Source of the DNA: a virus
Lineage: Duplodnaviria > Caudoviricetes
DNA: 64,000 nucleotides
Virus record (IMG/VR): IMGVR_UViG_3300013121_000047
Span: 96,001-160,000 of that record
Direction: 5' to 3' (one strand)
Shown here one piece after another: positions 10,377 through 20,370 of this stretch. How positions within the stretch are numbered: position 1 is the stretch's first letter; each line of letters starts with the position of its first letter. Position numbers and translations under genes: made by a program. Under the pieces are notes generated by a model. It was given only the letters and a program-made list of their open reading frames with translations, did not search any database and was not told where the DNA came from.

Positions 10377-10814
10377 ATGACAACAGTTAATACACCAAGT
10401 ATGGATTATTGGTTTAGTACCTCTAGTGAACCAGTTTATATTACTAATGGTAGCGGTAACACTAATACTGATACTTTTAACATTTATTATACCACATTAA
10501 TTTCTTCTACCCAAACACAAAACAAAGATATTTTTACTCCACTGAATTTTAACAATCAAACTAATGAATATTTTACAAACTTTAGTTTTGATTTAGATAA
10601 AGTAAATAAAAATAATTTTAGATGTTATGTTGATATTATTTCTTTTGAAATAAAAATAGAAAACGAAAAATTTGAAACTCTGAAAATAAAAGTTGATCCA
10701 ACTTTTAATCTTAAGACATTAAACTTTTCTATTTTTGAAAATAGAGGATCGTTAACAATAAAGAAGTATTCAGAAACGGAAATTAAACAAAAACAAAAAC
10801 TTAGATTTTTTTAA
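10377..10814 (+). CDS. Hypothetical protein
   Basis: 145 aa ORF filling the gap; no motif recognised. Confidence 0.45.
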   Translation: MTTVNTPSMDYWFSTSSEPVYITNGSGNTNTDTFNIYYTTLISSTQTQNKDIFTPLNFNNQTNEYFTNFSFDLDKVNKNNFRCYVDIISFEIKIENEKFETLKIKVDPTFNLKTLNFSIFENRGSLTIKKYSETEIKQKQKLRFF

Positions 10815-11289
10815 GAATCTCTCTTTTTTGTTCTCTGTTAAGAGTTGTTAAGTCAAATAAAGTTTTACCTTCCAAATGAGACAATTCATGTTGAACAACA
10901 ACAGAAAAATCTTCATCTAAATCTTCAATAACCTCATTTGTTCTATTAAAATATTTAATAGAAATTAATTTATGCCTTTTTATTGGAAGATAAATTCCTG
11001 GAATAGAAAGGCAACCTTCGGTGGTTATAACACATTCTTCAGATTTATCGATTATTTCTGTGTTAAAGAACGTTTCAAATTCTGAAAATTTTTCTCGTTT
11101 TGCTATAAATAAATGATCAGATAATCCAATTTGAACAGACGCTAAACCAACTCCTTTTGAGCTATTACAGACTGTTTTCATTAGTTCAATTTTTTCTTTA
11201 TACAACTCAGGTTTATAATTTTTTGTGTCAATTTTTATTCCACATTTACCTTTTATTTGTTTAAAATTAAGAGGTTTATTTGTCATCAT
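10801..11289 (-). CDS. def: Peptide deformylase
   Basis: GVGLASVQ, EGCLS and QHELSH motifs. Confidence 0.93.
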   Translation of the reverse strand: MMTNKPLNFKQIKGKCGIKIDTKNYKPELYKEKIELMKTVCNSSKGVGLASVQIGLSDHLFIAKREKFSEFETFFNTEIIDKSEECVITTEGCLSIPGIYLPIKRHKLISIKYFNRTNEVIEDLDEDFSVVVQHELSHLEGKTLFDLTTLNREQKREILKKI

Positions 11290-13405
11290 TTAAAATTTCT
11301 CCTAGTTCTGATATTTTCATTACAGTTTGTTCATTAGATCTATCAATGTTTAACGCAAGTTTTCTTATTTCACGTTTCTGCATTATTTTATCCTGCATTT
11401 TAAACTCGGTACCAGAATCAGCGACAATATAGTAACAATAAACAGGTTTTGTTTGAAGAGTTCTATGTAGCCTTGCATTACGTTGGTCTATTTTAGCTGG
11501 GTTCCATGGTATCTCTGTATGAATAACAACATTGCTGACCGTTTGTAGACCATCCAATCCAGTTCCGCCTGCATCAGAAGAAAGGAATATTTTTGTTAGC
11601 GGATCTGTTTTAAACTGTTCTACGAGTTTTGGTCTTTGTTTTGTTGGTACGTCGCCCGAATAAATAACATAGTTTATATTACTAAATTCTTTATTTATCA
11701 TTCTTTCGATAATAGAAAGCATTTCAGTCCATTCTGAAAACAGAACTATTTTTTCATTTTTATTAACACAATGGTCTAATATTATTTTTTTAACTTCTTC
11801 GATTTTTGGTTCAAGGTAATTTTTTTGAGTTTTATCTAAAAGTTCAGACGCAGTACATGCTTGTCTTGCCTTTAGCAGATAAGCATTTAATAAAATCTGT
11901 TCGTGTGGTTTTAAAGGTTTTTCCATTCCTTTTTTTAAAAGTTTGTCTGCCATTGCTCTATAGTTTGCTTCAACTTCTTGTTGTTCTTGTGATAGTTTTA
12001 TATAAAGCGTTGATTCAGTTAATGGAGGGAGTTTTTTTCTCAATTCTTCTTCTGATATAGAGAAAACACAGTGTTGAATTTTTTTATGAAGTAAATCGAT
12101 ATTCTTAATTCCATTGTATGTTATTTTGTGTTTGGTTGCGGCAATAACTCGTTGAAAATCTCGATCAAATTTCCATTTTGGTCCAAGCATATTGTCGTCG
12201 ACAACCTGCATTGTATTGTACAAATCATCAAGTCGATTTTCAATAATAGTTCCTGATAGGCCAAGAAAATACTCTGATTTTAATTTCTTAATAGCTTTCC
12301 AAGTTTTTGTTTCACTGTTTTTAACAGTTTGCAACTCGTCTACAATTAACATATCTGCAATTCTTCTTGTTTTTTTACCTTCCCCAATTAAATCATCAAT
12401 ATATCTTGTCATCATATGATAGTTTATTACAGCTATTTGTTTTCCATTCCATTCTTTAATCTCTTTTTGAGATCCAAGAATAATCGCATCTAAACCAGTA
12501 AATCTTTTTATTTCTTTAACCCACTGTTGTTTTAATGTATTTGGAACAATTACAAACATTGTAAAATTCTCATCTAAGTCATGCAAATACTTAAACAGAG
12601 AAATAGAGGTTAGAGTCTTTCCGCTACCCGCTGGAAGCGCTACAATTGATTTTTTTGCGGCCAAACAATTCATAAAAATGTCTTTCTGATAATCAAAAAG
12701 ACTTATTCCTGGTACTATAGTTTCGAGCGTCTCTTTGATGTTAGTTTTCAATAACTTATCTTTTTCAAAATAAAATTTATTTAATTTGTCCAATTTTTCT
12801 AATTTCAATTCAGAATCTAACTTTACGTTTGCCGCAGAAGTTAGATAAACATCTAATATTTCAGCATGATCTACTAGCAGTTGCTTATGTTCTTTATTGA
12901 AGTCTTTTAACAACATCAACGTTTCTTCGTTATGATTTTTACCAGAAATTATAAACTGATTTTTGCAAAAATCATAATGGATAATTGTTTTTATTTTACT
13001 ATGATCCCTTTGAATTTTGTTTAATTCAATAAGGTGTTTGATTGCTGGTTCTTTATAATAATACTTAAAAATTCTATGCAATGCAGAAACGTGTTCGCAA
13101 AAATTAAGTTCATCTAAAATAAAATCTTGACAACCACAACTAACAGTAGCCAGATCAGGATTTGTAAATTCAACAGTTTGCTTTGAAATATTAATTTTTG
13201 TAGGAAAAGTTAAATCTAATTCATCAAAACTAACTTTATATTTTTTTCCCGTTGTTTGTTGAAAAATTTTCTTTTTTTCAATATCATCTGCCCTAACAGA
13301 TTCCTCGAAAGAAGAATACTGTTTTTCATTTTTTTCTTTATCTAAAGAGGGTAATTCGAATTCTACCATTAGTGTTAGGTAGCTATCTTTATCTATTTTT
13401 TTCAA
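11276..13405 (-). CDS. SWIM zinc finger-SNF2 family ATPase/helicase
   Basis: CGCQDF...CEH SWIM; GSGKT, DELQ, LSGTIIEN, DAGGTGL, QRNARLHR. Confidence 0.9.
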   Translation of the reverse strand: MKKIDKDSYLTLMVEFELPSLDKEKNEKQYSSFEESVRADDIEKKKIFQQTTGKKYKVSFDELDLTFPTKINISKQTVEFTNPDLATVSCGCQDFILDELNFCEHVSALHRIFKYYYKEPAIKHLIELNKIQRDHSKIKTIIHYDFCKNQFIISGKNHNEETLMLLKDFNKEHKQLLVDHAEILDVYLTSAANVKLDSELKLEKLDKLNKFYFEKDKLLKTNIKETLETIVPGISLFDYQKDIFMNCLAAKKSIVALPAGSGKTLTSISLFKYLHDLDENFTMFVIVPNTLKQQWVKEIKRFTGLDAIILGSQKEIKEWNGKQIAVINYHMMTRYIDDLIGEGKKTRRIADMLIVDELQTVKNSETKTWKAIKKLKSEYFLGLSGTIIENRLDDLYNTMQVVDDNMLGPKWKFDRDFQRVIAATKHKITYNGIKNIDLLHKKIQHCVFSISEEELRKKLPPLTESTLYIKLSQEQQEVEANYRAMADKLLKKGMEKPLKPHEQILLNAYLLKARQACTASELLDKTQKNYLEPKIEEVKKIILDHCVNKNEKIVLFSEWTEMLSIIERMINKEFSNINYVIYSGDVPTKQRPKLVEQFKTDPLTKIFLSSDAGGTGLDGLQTVSNVVIHTEIPWNPAKIDQRNARLHRTLQTKPVYCYYIVADSGTEFKMQDKIMQKREIRKLALNIDRSNEQTVMKISELGEILNDDK

Positions 13406-13437
13406 ATTGTCAATTGTTATAATGCATAGTTAAAAAC

Positions 13438-14067
13438 ATGAAAAATAAATTGTTGGAAAAAGCTCCCCCTGGTAAAAAATACGAAAAACTCGTTTTAAAT
13501 TTAAAAAAGAAGTATGGTGAAACCTCTGAGCGCCCGTTCGCTATCGCGTGGTCAATTTATAATAAAAACAAAAAACATAAGCACGAAGTTGCGGGACAAC
13601 AGGCGAGTGTGTTAGGACTAACAGGAGTTCAAGATCAACTGTTAGCAGAAGAAAAGAAAGAGAAACGAATTGAAATTAAATCAGTAATATTGGAAAACAT
13701 AGAATTAAATTTTGAAGATTTTCTTGAAGATTTTTTCGATGGATTAATTCATTATTTCGGTGGGGATAATATAGAAGATATTACAGAATACAAAGAAGAA
13801 CCAGGGACAATTTTAGAAGTAAATGTAAAAATCCCAGAAATCACAGATTCCTTATTTTGGATTGGCGTATATCCAAGCGGAGAAATAATCGTAAGAGAAA
13901 TGGAAAATTGGAATAACGCTATCTTCGGTGGAATTTATGAAGACTATGAATCTGTTGAGAAATTAATTTCAGAAATTCATCATCTTATAAAAAGAGATGT
14001 TGCAACAAATAAACGTTTTAAGCAAGTTTATGAAAATTTAATGCTAAAACGTCTTAAATTAGTTTAA
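13438..14067 (+). CDS. Hypothetical probable virion protein
   Basis: MKNKLLE start, FAIAWSIYNK motif; same 15-mer upstream as 9935. Confidence 0.55.
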   Translation: MKNKLLEKAPPGKKYEKLVLNLKKKYGETSERPFAIAWSIYNKNKKHKHEVAGQQASVLGLTGVQDQLLAEEKKEKRIEIKSVILENIELNFEDFLEDFFDGLIHYFGGDNIEDITEYKEEPGTILEVNVKIPEITDSLFWIGVYPSGEIIVREMENWNNAIFGGIYEDYESVEKLISEIHHLIKRDVATNKRFKQVYENLMLKRLKLV

Positions 14068-14438
14068 AAACTTCATTCATTTTTGGATCTGCTACTTTCA
14101 CTTTTCCAACATATTGTCTAATGTTTTGTTTAATTTTAATTTCAGATTTTGAATGCGTGTGACCAGAAAGAATAATAAGTTCTTTTTCTGGAAAAGCTTT
14201 CATTAAAACTTTTAATTTAAGTCCGAGCTCAACATCGCAAAAATGATTTAGCCAATTTTCGGGCATCACAATTCCAGAATATAGACAACCTTCTTTAAAC
14301 GGAGGAACATGGACGGCAAGATAAACTTTATCGAATACTAACAATGCCTTTGCTAGTTTTGTTATCAATAACTCAGAAGATTCTTTGGAAAGAGTTTTCA
14401 CTTTTGAAAAGATATTTTCGTCTGTTTTTAGTGGCTTT
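14054..14438 (-). pseudogene. Metallophosphoesterase, C-terminal fragment
   Basis: HVPPF and LSGHTH (calcineurin-like motifs IV and V); begins at the IS right end. Confidence 0.75.
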
Positions 14439-15755
14439 GTCAACTGCTCATAGCGTAACTATGAGCTTGCAAATAATAATTTCTTATTATTCACGTTTGG
14501 GGGATTGACGGTACCCTGTTCCAAGGATAAACTTGGAAATGATTGTTTCTTTTCTGATAAAAGAAACCTGTTTTTTATGTTTATTGCTGCATTAACATCA
14601 GAATGGATCTTTAGTTTACATTGATTACATCTATACATTCCCTTGTTTCTGCTTTCCTTGTTCTGGTTTTGGCAACCAGAACAAATTTGAGAAGTGTACA
14701 TGGGATTCACAAATTCAACAACAATTCCTTTTTGTTCTGCTTTATACTTTAATAATCCTTCAAATAACTTAAATCCCCAATTTGAAACTACTTTATTCGA
14801 TTTCTTGTTATATTTCTTGGGTTTGATTCTTGATAAATTCTCCAAAACATATGTTTTAACGTTTTCATTCTTAACAAGTTTCTTTGTTAAACAATGAAGA
14901 AAGTTCAAACTAAACCGCTTCTCTTTTCTGCTAATTCTTTTTAAGAACCTTTTTGCAGATCGAGTGCCTTTTGCTTGAAGTTTCCTTCTTAAATAGAAAT
15001 ACTTCCTCTTGTTTTTTCTTAATGGTTTTCCTGAAACCAATTCTCCTTCGCTTGTTGCGATAACATTTATTATTCCTCGATCCAAACCAACCATTTCTGT
15101 TCCTTTTGTTTCTTTTGTTTTATCAGATTCGAACAAAAAAGTAAAATAAAAGTGTTTTCCAATTTTTGATAAATAACCAGTTTTAAGAAGTTTCCAATTC
15201 TTAAAATAGTTTTCAATATAAGGATAAAAAGAAACAATCGTTTTAATTCTTTTATCAACAGAAGAAAGGGTCAATTGTTGGTTTCTGAGGGAAAAAGTTC
15301 TAACATCATAGCGAATGGAACTATGTTTCTTCTTTATTGGAACAGTTTTACTTCTTTTGCTTTTATTGGATTCGAGGGCTAAATCCCTTGCGGATTGAAT
15401 TAAAGCAGTTGGAAGACTTGGAAACAGTTTTTTTGATTTTTGATAAGAGTTGGAATGGGCAACTTTTTTTGAAGTTGATTTATTGGTTGAAGACCAATTA
15501 GAGTAAAAATTGAAACATTTAGAATACTCTTCCATTGTTTCAAGGAGTGTTTCTTTGTCCTTGTCGGACAAAGAAAGTTTTACTCTTAATGATCTTTGGA
15601 CCATACTTATACAAGTATAAAAGAAAATATCAAAAATGATACGAAATAATCATATTATTCCATTGTTAGAATTTTGGACGAGGTATTAAAAAACATATCG
15701 AAGAATAAACAAATGAATCTCATTCATCTCACGGAACAAGACCACCAGAGCTTGA
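14439..15755 (-). mobile_element. tnpB-only IS200/IS605-family (IS1341-like) element, copy A
   Basis: Right end CAAG-[CTCATAG...CTATGAG]-CAGT-TGAC; degenerate left end alignable to copy B; no tnpA. Left boundary approximate. Confidence 0.8.
14459..15604 (-). CDS. tnpB: TnpB RNA-guided nuclease
   Basis: RuvC D (GLDRG), E (VLENL), D (SDVNAA); CSGC/CNQC zinc ribbon. Confidence 0.92.
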   Translation of the reverse strand: MVQRSLRVKLSLSDKDKETLLETMEEYSKCFNFYSNWSSTNKSTSKKVAHSNSYQKSKKLFPSLPTALIQSARDLALESNKSKRSKTVPIKKKHSSIRYDVRTFSLRNQQLTLSSVDKRIKTIVSFYPYIENYFKNWKLLKTGYLSKIGKHFYFTFLFESDKTKETKGTEMVGLDRGIINVIATSEGELVSGKPLRKNKRKYFYLRRKLQAKGTRSAKRFLKRISRKEKRFSLNFLHCLTKKLVKNENVKTYVLENLSRIKPKKYNKKSNKVVSNWGFKLFEGLLKYKAEQKGIVVEFVNPMYTSQICSGCQNQNKESRNKGMYRCNQCKLKIHSDVNAAINIKNRFLLSEKKQSFPSLSLEQGTVNPPNVNNKKLLFASS

Positions 15756-15842
15756 TTCTTCAAATTTCTTAGCGATTGTTTCAAATTTTGAAATATCACA
15801 TTTATCGAAGTGCGGATCAGTTAACCATGCTAGTTTTTTCAT
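15729..15842 (-). pseudogene. Metallophosphoesterase, N-terminal fragment (not in ORF track)
   Basis: ATG 15842: MKKLAWLTDPHFDK (DxH motif I), runs into the IS left end and stops at 15729. Confidence 0.7.
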
Positions 15843-15860
15843 TTTACCTCTTTGTATTTC

Positions 15861-16670
15861 TTAGCTTTTATCTAAAAGCAACTTTAAATACTCGCTGTGT
15901 ATCAAGCCATCAAATTTAAAAAAAATATCTTGTGGAAAAACTAGTTCATAGCATAATGAAAAGGTTTTTGTTTTTACGTTATAAACAAAAAACTCATATA
16001 TTTGCATAGAATGTTTTTTTTGAAGTTCATGAATTCCTTCCATGTAATTTTTATATTGAATAGCAAGATCCCATACCTCATCAAAATCATTTACATACTG
16101 ATTTGTTAATTGATTTTTGAATAGTTTCATAAATTTGTTACTTGAACATTTTTTTCTATTTTCTATATCCGAAAAATAATTTTTATTATTAGAATATGAA
16201 GTGCTAATTTTTTCAAAAATTTGTTTCGGTTGACATTTTAATAGTGTATCGTTAAAAGTATAACCAAAGGTTCTGAAAAGCAAATTATATTCTTTTATAT
16301 CTTTACAGTAGTTATCAATTGTTTTTAACCTAAAATCATAGTTGCCGAAAATATAAAATTTCTTAAAGATTGAAACATAGTCTCGAATTAATAATTCAAA
16401 TAACTCAATATCTTTTTTTATCTTAACAAAATGTAATAAAAACATTCTTTCTAGAAGATCATTTCGAATAAAGCTTTCTTTGAATTCAAATAATTTATTG
16501 TTGTATTCGTAGCGCCAATTATCTACATTTGGGATTTTTTCCTGTTCAACTAATGTTAGAAAAAATTCTTCTGTTGATAGATCAATGTTGTCAACAAATA
16601 TTTCGTCCAATGTATCATTTGATACAAGCGAATTTTCTCTCATGGTGCCGACATTATACCCACGCAACAA
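15861..16670 (-). CDS. Hypothetical protein
   Basis: 269 aa ORF; no motif recognised. Confidence 0.55.
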   Translation of the reverse strand: MLRGYNVGTMRENSLVSNDTLDEIFVDNIDLSTEEFFLTLVEQEKIPNVDNWRYEYNNKLFEFKESFIRNDLLERMFLLHFVKIKKDIELFELLIRDYVSIFKKFYIFGNYDFRLKTIDNYCKDIKEYNLLFRTFGYTFNDTLLKCQPKQIFEKISTSYSNNKNYFSDIENRKKCSSNKFMKLFKNQLTNQYVNDFDEVWDLAIQYKNYMEGIHELQKKHSMQIYEFFVYNVKTKTFSLCYELVFPQDIFFKFDGLIHSEYLKLLLDKS

Positions 16671-16727
16671 ATAGCTGTAAAGGCAGTTTTTAACAACTTA
16701 AAACTCTATATATTTAAAGATATAACA

Positions 16728-17438
16728 ATGTTATCAAATTTTATTTTTGAATCAATTGATGTTGAAGAGTTTTTGCAAAACCTAGACCAAATTAAAACTC
16801 AAATTGAAAAGATCAAATATGCCTCGGAACATTTAAAAAAACTCGGAGAAGGAGAAGGTAGAATTGTTTTTGAATTGGATGATGACAGAGTAATAAAATT
16901 GGCCAAAGAAAAATTTGGGCTTTCTCAAAATCAAAGTGAAAATTTAACCTATGAAGCCTTAGAGTCAAACAATATGGAAGAACTTGTGCCAGAAATTTTT
17001 CGTAGAGGAAAAGGATATTCTTATCTAGTTTCTGAATTTGCAAGGCCAGCAACAGAATCTGATTTCGAATCATTAGCTGGAATTTCTTGGGATGAATTCA
17101 GTTCAGAATTAGAAATGTATTACAGTGCATATAAACATAGAATATATGAGCCATTATCAGGAGAAGATGTTAATTTTTCTGACTTATCTGCAGGGACGTT
17201 TTCATCAAAAAATGAATATGAAAAATGGCGGGCAGACGAAAACCAAGATCCCATTATTGATGAAGATGATGATGTTAGAACACCACCAGAATTCATAGAT
17301 AAAATTATTTTTATAATATCCCAGGCAGGCCTAATGATTGGAGATCTTTTGTATCTTGAACACTATGGGGTTACAAAAAACAACAGACTAGTTCTGATTG
17401 ACTCAGGATTTTCTATGTCATCCGCTTTTTCAAGATAA
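16728..17438 (+). CDS. Protein kinase-like fold protein with FIFE leader (paralog of 7268-8059)
   Basis: LGEGEGRIVF, VIK, QNQSE, GDLLYLEHYG, LIDSG. Confidence 0.72.
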   Translation: MLSNFIFESIDVEEFLQNLDQIKTQIEKIKYASEHLKKLGEGEGRIVFELDDDRVIKLAKEKFGLSQNQSENLTYEALESNNMEELVPEIFRRGKGYSYLVSEFARPATESDFESLAGISWDEFSSELEMYYSAYKHRIYEPLSGEDVNFSDLSAGTFSSKNEYEKWRADENQDPIIDEDDDVRTPPEFIDKIIFIISQAGLMIGDLLYLEHYGVTKNNRLVLIDSGFSMSSAFSR

Positions 17439-17439
17439 T

Positions 17440-17633
17440 TTATTTTTTGTTTACTTGTTGATCAACCCATTTATATAACTTTTCCATCCAAGTTCTCAAA
17501 GGTTGAGAAGGAGCCCAATTTAAAGTTTCTTTAATTAATTTATTGTCTGAATTCCTTCTCATAACTCCAATTGGCCCTGGAATATGTTTTATATCAAGTT
17601 TCTTCCCAAAAATGTCAATTACCATTTTTGCAA
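17440..17633 (-). pseudogene. Diverged duplicate of the 3' end of the epimerase at 18288-19262
   Basis: AKMVIDIFGKKLDIKHIPGPIGVM...WVDQQVN near-identical to 18288-18478. Confidence 0.85.
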
Positions 17634-17707
17634 TTAGGTAATTCAACTTCAAAACTTTCGTTAGTTGATCCTAAAATATCTATAATTTCAAAACTTGAAT
17701 TTGTTGT

Positions 17708-18280
17708 TTAAAACATAAATTCTTCTTTTTTAAAATCAATTTCATTTTTTATAACTTCGGCCAACTGTTCTGGGTCTAATTTTGGATCAAAATCTATCGG
17801 CGCGATTTTTGGTATATTAAATCTTTTTGTATTGAAATCAATAGTAACTTTTTCACCCAAATAGATAAAAACTATTTTTCCATCTTGTGTTTTAGCATTG
17901 AAATGTTTTTCAAAGTAAGTTTTAAACTCATCCAAGTTAGAAACGTTTTTTACAAATTTTTTAATTTGCTCTACTATTTTTAAAAGTTCTATATTTTGAT
18001 GAACAGAATTTTTTTGATTAATAATAATATTTCTTTTTATTGATACTAATGGTGTTTTTTTAATATTAATTTCTAAATTCTTAGACTCAATATTGTAAAA
18101 CAGCTCACCGTTTAAAACATTATCAATCTTAAATTCTAATGAAATATGGCTTAAAAAGTCAACTATTTTAGTAATATGAAACTCACTTGTCAATATATTT
18201 TGCTGGATTAAATCAAATACATCTTTTAAAAGCTCAGTTGATGGATTTGTTGTTTCATAAATAAATGCTTTTAATAACAT
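17708..18280 (-). CDS. Hypothetical protein with FIYE leader
   Basis: MLLKAFIYETTN; TACTTA 8 nt upstream. Confidence 0.6.
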   Translation of the reverse strand: MLLKAFIYETTNPSTELLKDVFDLIQQNILTSEFHITKIVDFLSHISLEFKIDNVLNGELFYNIESKNLEINIKKTPLVSIKRNIIINQKNSVHQNIELLKIVEQIKKFVKNVSNLDEFKTYFEKHFNAKTQDGKIVFIYLGEKVTIDFNTKRFNIPKIAPIDFDPKLDPEQLAEVIKNEIDFKKEEFMF

Positions 18281-18287
18281 AACAAAA

Positions 18288-19262
18288 TTAAGTATTAACT
18301 TGTTTGTTTACCCAATTATAAAGTTTTTCCATTCCAACTCTCAAAGGCTGAGAAGGAGCCCAATTTAAAGTTTCTTTGATTAATTTATTGTCTGAATTTC
18401 TTCCCATAACTCCAATTGGCCCTGGAATATGTTTTATATCAAGTTTTTTTCCAGAAATGTCAATTACCATTTTCGCAAGATCATTTATTGAGATCATTTC
18501 GTCTGAACCAACATTTATTGGTTTTCTATAACCACTTTCTATTAAACGCAGTGTTCCTTCGAGACATTCATCAATATAAAGAAATGACCTCGTTTGAGTC
18601 CCATCCCCAAATATTTCAATGTGTGTGCCGTCTTTCGCTTCGGCAACTTTTCTGCACAATGCTGCAGGTGCTTTAGCTCTATTAGAATAATAATCACATT
18701 CTTCAGAAAAAATATTGTGGTAGCGCATAATACTAATTTCTAATCCTTTGTTTCTCATATATGAATCATATAAAATTTCTGCAAATAATTTTTCCCAGCC
18801 GTATACGCTATCAGAAGCCGCTGGATACGCTGAAGATTCTTCACAGTTAGGATTATTTGGATCTGTTTGGTTATGTTTAGGATATACACAGGCTGAACTA
18901 CTAAACGCAATTTTCTTCACTCCTTTTTTGGCCGCTATGTTTGCTACATTTAAATTAATCAAAGCAGAATTATGAATAATTTCTGCGTCATTTTCGCCTG
19001 TGAAAACATATAGCGCCCCGCCAATTTCAGCGGCTAGTTGAATTATAACATCAATATCTTCTGTTATTACCTGTTCGCAAACTTTTTCATCTCTTAAATC
19101 GCCGATAATAAATTCATCGGCATTAGTATTGCTAAATTCTGGATGTACTAGATCGACTCCGCGAACCCAATTTCCCTCTTTTTTTAAACGATTAGTCATT
19201 TGATGACCAATCATACCCCCAGCCCCAAGTACTAAGTAACGTTTTTGTTTTTGTGCATTCAT
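18288..19262 (-). CDS. NDP-sugar epimerase, GDP-mannose 3,5-epimerase-like
   Basis: GAGGMIG, QLAAEIGG, SSACVYP, YGWEK, KAPAALCRKV. Confidence 0.85.
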   Translation of the reverse strand: MNAQKQKRYLVLGAGGMIGHQMTNRLKKEGNWVRGVDLVHPEFSNTNADEFIIGDLRDEKVCEQVITEDIDVIIQLAAEIGGALYVFTGENDAEIIHNSALINLNVANIAAKKGVKKIAFSSSACVYPKHNQTDPNNPNCEESSAYPAASDSVYGWEKLFAEILYDSYMRNKGLEISIMRYHNIFSEECDYYSNRAKAPAALCRKVAEAKDGTHIEIFGDGTQTRSFLYIDECLEGTLRLIESGYRKPINVGSDEMISINDLAKMVIDISGKKLDIKHIPGPIGVMGRNSDNKLIKETLNWAPSQPLRVGMEKLYNWVNKQVNT

Positions 19263-20260
19263 TTTATCTTACTTTCTAAGTTTAATTGCTTCTGTTGTGC
19301 TTTGTAATCATTTTCCAAAATATAAACAACATTGTAACCTAATGTTTTTAAAACGTTAATTTTGTTAAATGTTTTTTCATTAAGTTCTTTAAAAGTTGTT
19401 TTTGTTCTTGGGTTTATTTTTTCAGAAGAAAATTTTTCTAGATTTCCATGCCAAAAATCCCCAAGGAATTCATAAACCGTGTTTGTCTCAGGATCAAATC
19501 CGTCAACATTAAACCATTGTTTTCTTATTCCATTTTTCACAATTTCATTTGTTTTAATAACAAATTGTCTATATTTTTTTAAAATGTTAAATTGATTTAA
19601 CCAAGCTGTTTCGAGTTTTGAAACTTTAGTAGTTTCTCCACAGGTAGGGCAACCAAATCTAAAATGATCTTTTGCAATTTGCATAAAAGTTGTTTCACAA
19701 ACATTGCATTTGATTTGAAGTTTTTTCTTACTGGAAAAGTAAATAGTATTTTCGTAACTAAATTCATTGTTTGGATATTTTTGTTTTGCTTTTATGATGA
19801 AATCTTCGGTAGTTTTGCGTTCGTTTCTGAAACAGAAAGTGCACTTAGTGCCACGTTTATGACTATCTGGGGTTTGCTTAAATACATTCCCACATTTTTT
19901 ATGTAAAATAGAGACTTTTGTTTTACTTGATTTGTATTCTACTAACGAATAGTCGTATTCCTCTCCATGAGTGAGTTTGGCACTTGCTATAAATTCATCT
20001 TTTGTTAATTTTTTGTTTCCTCGTTTTACACACAGTGAGCAACTCTTTGACTTGTTAGTTAAGTGTCTTTCGGGTGTATTTGAGAATTCCTTTTGGTGTT
20101 TAATGCATTTAATTTTTAATTTTGTTTTATAATTCACATATACGCTTTCACTATAATCATACAAATCGCCATGGATTTTTTTGGCTTTTTCCACGAATTC
20201 TTCTTTGGTAAGTCTTGAACCTCTTAACGAAGCTGTTGGGTTCTCGGTATCTTTGTTCAT
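19259..20260 (-). CDS. Putative homing endonuclease (DUF723-like zinc repeats + PD-(D/E)xK-type domain)
   Basis: Three FxxKAKxxHG..YDYS...CxxC repeats; VDGFDPETNTVYEFLGDFWHG. Confidence 0.7.
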   Translation of the reverse strand: MNKDTENPTASLRGSRLTKEEFVEKAKKIHGDLYDYSESVYVNYKTKLKIKCIKHQKEFSNTPERHLTNKSKSCSLCVKRGNKKLTKDEFIASAKLTHGEEYDYSLVEYKSSKTKVSILHKKCGNVFKQTPDSHKRGTKCTFCFRNERKTTEDFIIKAKQKYPNNEFSYENTIYFSSKKKLQIKCNVCETTFMQIAKDHFRFGCPTCGETTKVSKLETAWLNQFNILKKYRQFVIKTNEIVKNGIRKQWFNVDGFDPETNTVYEFLGDFWHGNLEKFSSEKINPRTKTTFKELNEKTFNKINVLKTLGYNVVYILENDYKAQQKQLNLESKIK

Positions 20261-20370
20261 TTCTCTTAAGGGGATATTTTTCTTCTATTGCCGAGCGTTT
20301 GTTCATCCTGTTTTTTAATAAATTCGCTATCCCCGTTGCCAATATAATAACTTGAACTTATTAAGTTAAC

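Noticed and set aside
14054-15842. IStron (group I intron-IS) that would splice to restore the phosphoesterase
   Set aside because: Only ~150 nt lies between the left end and tnpB, too short for a group I core, and the GD/GNHD exon sequence is missing anyway.
17440-18478. DGR template/variable repeat pair
   Set aside because: Differences are not adenine-specific and many are synonymous; no reverse transcriptase in the window.
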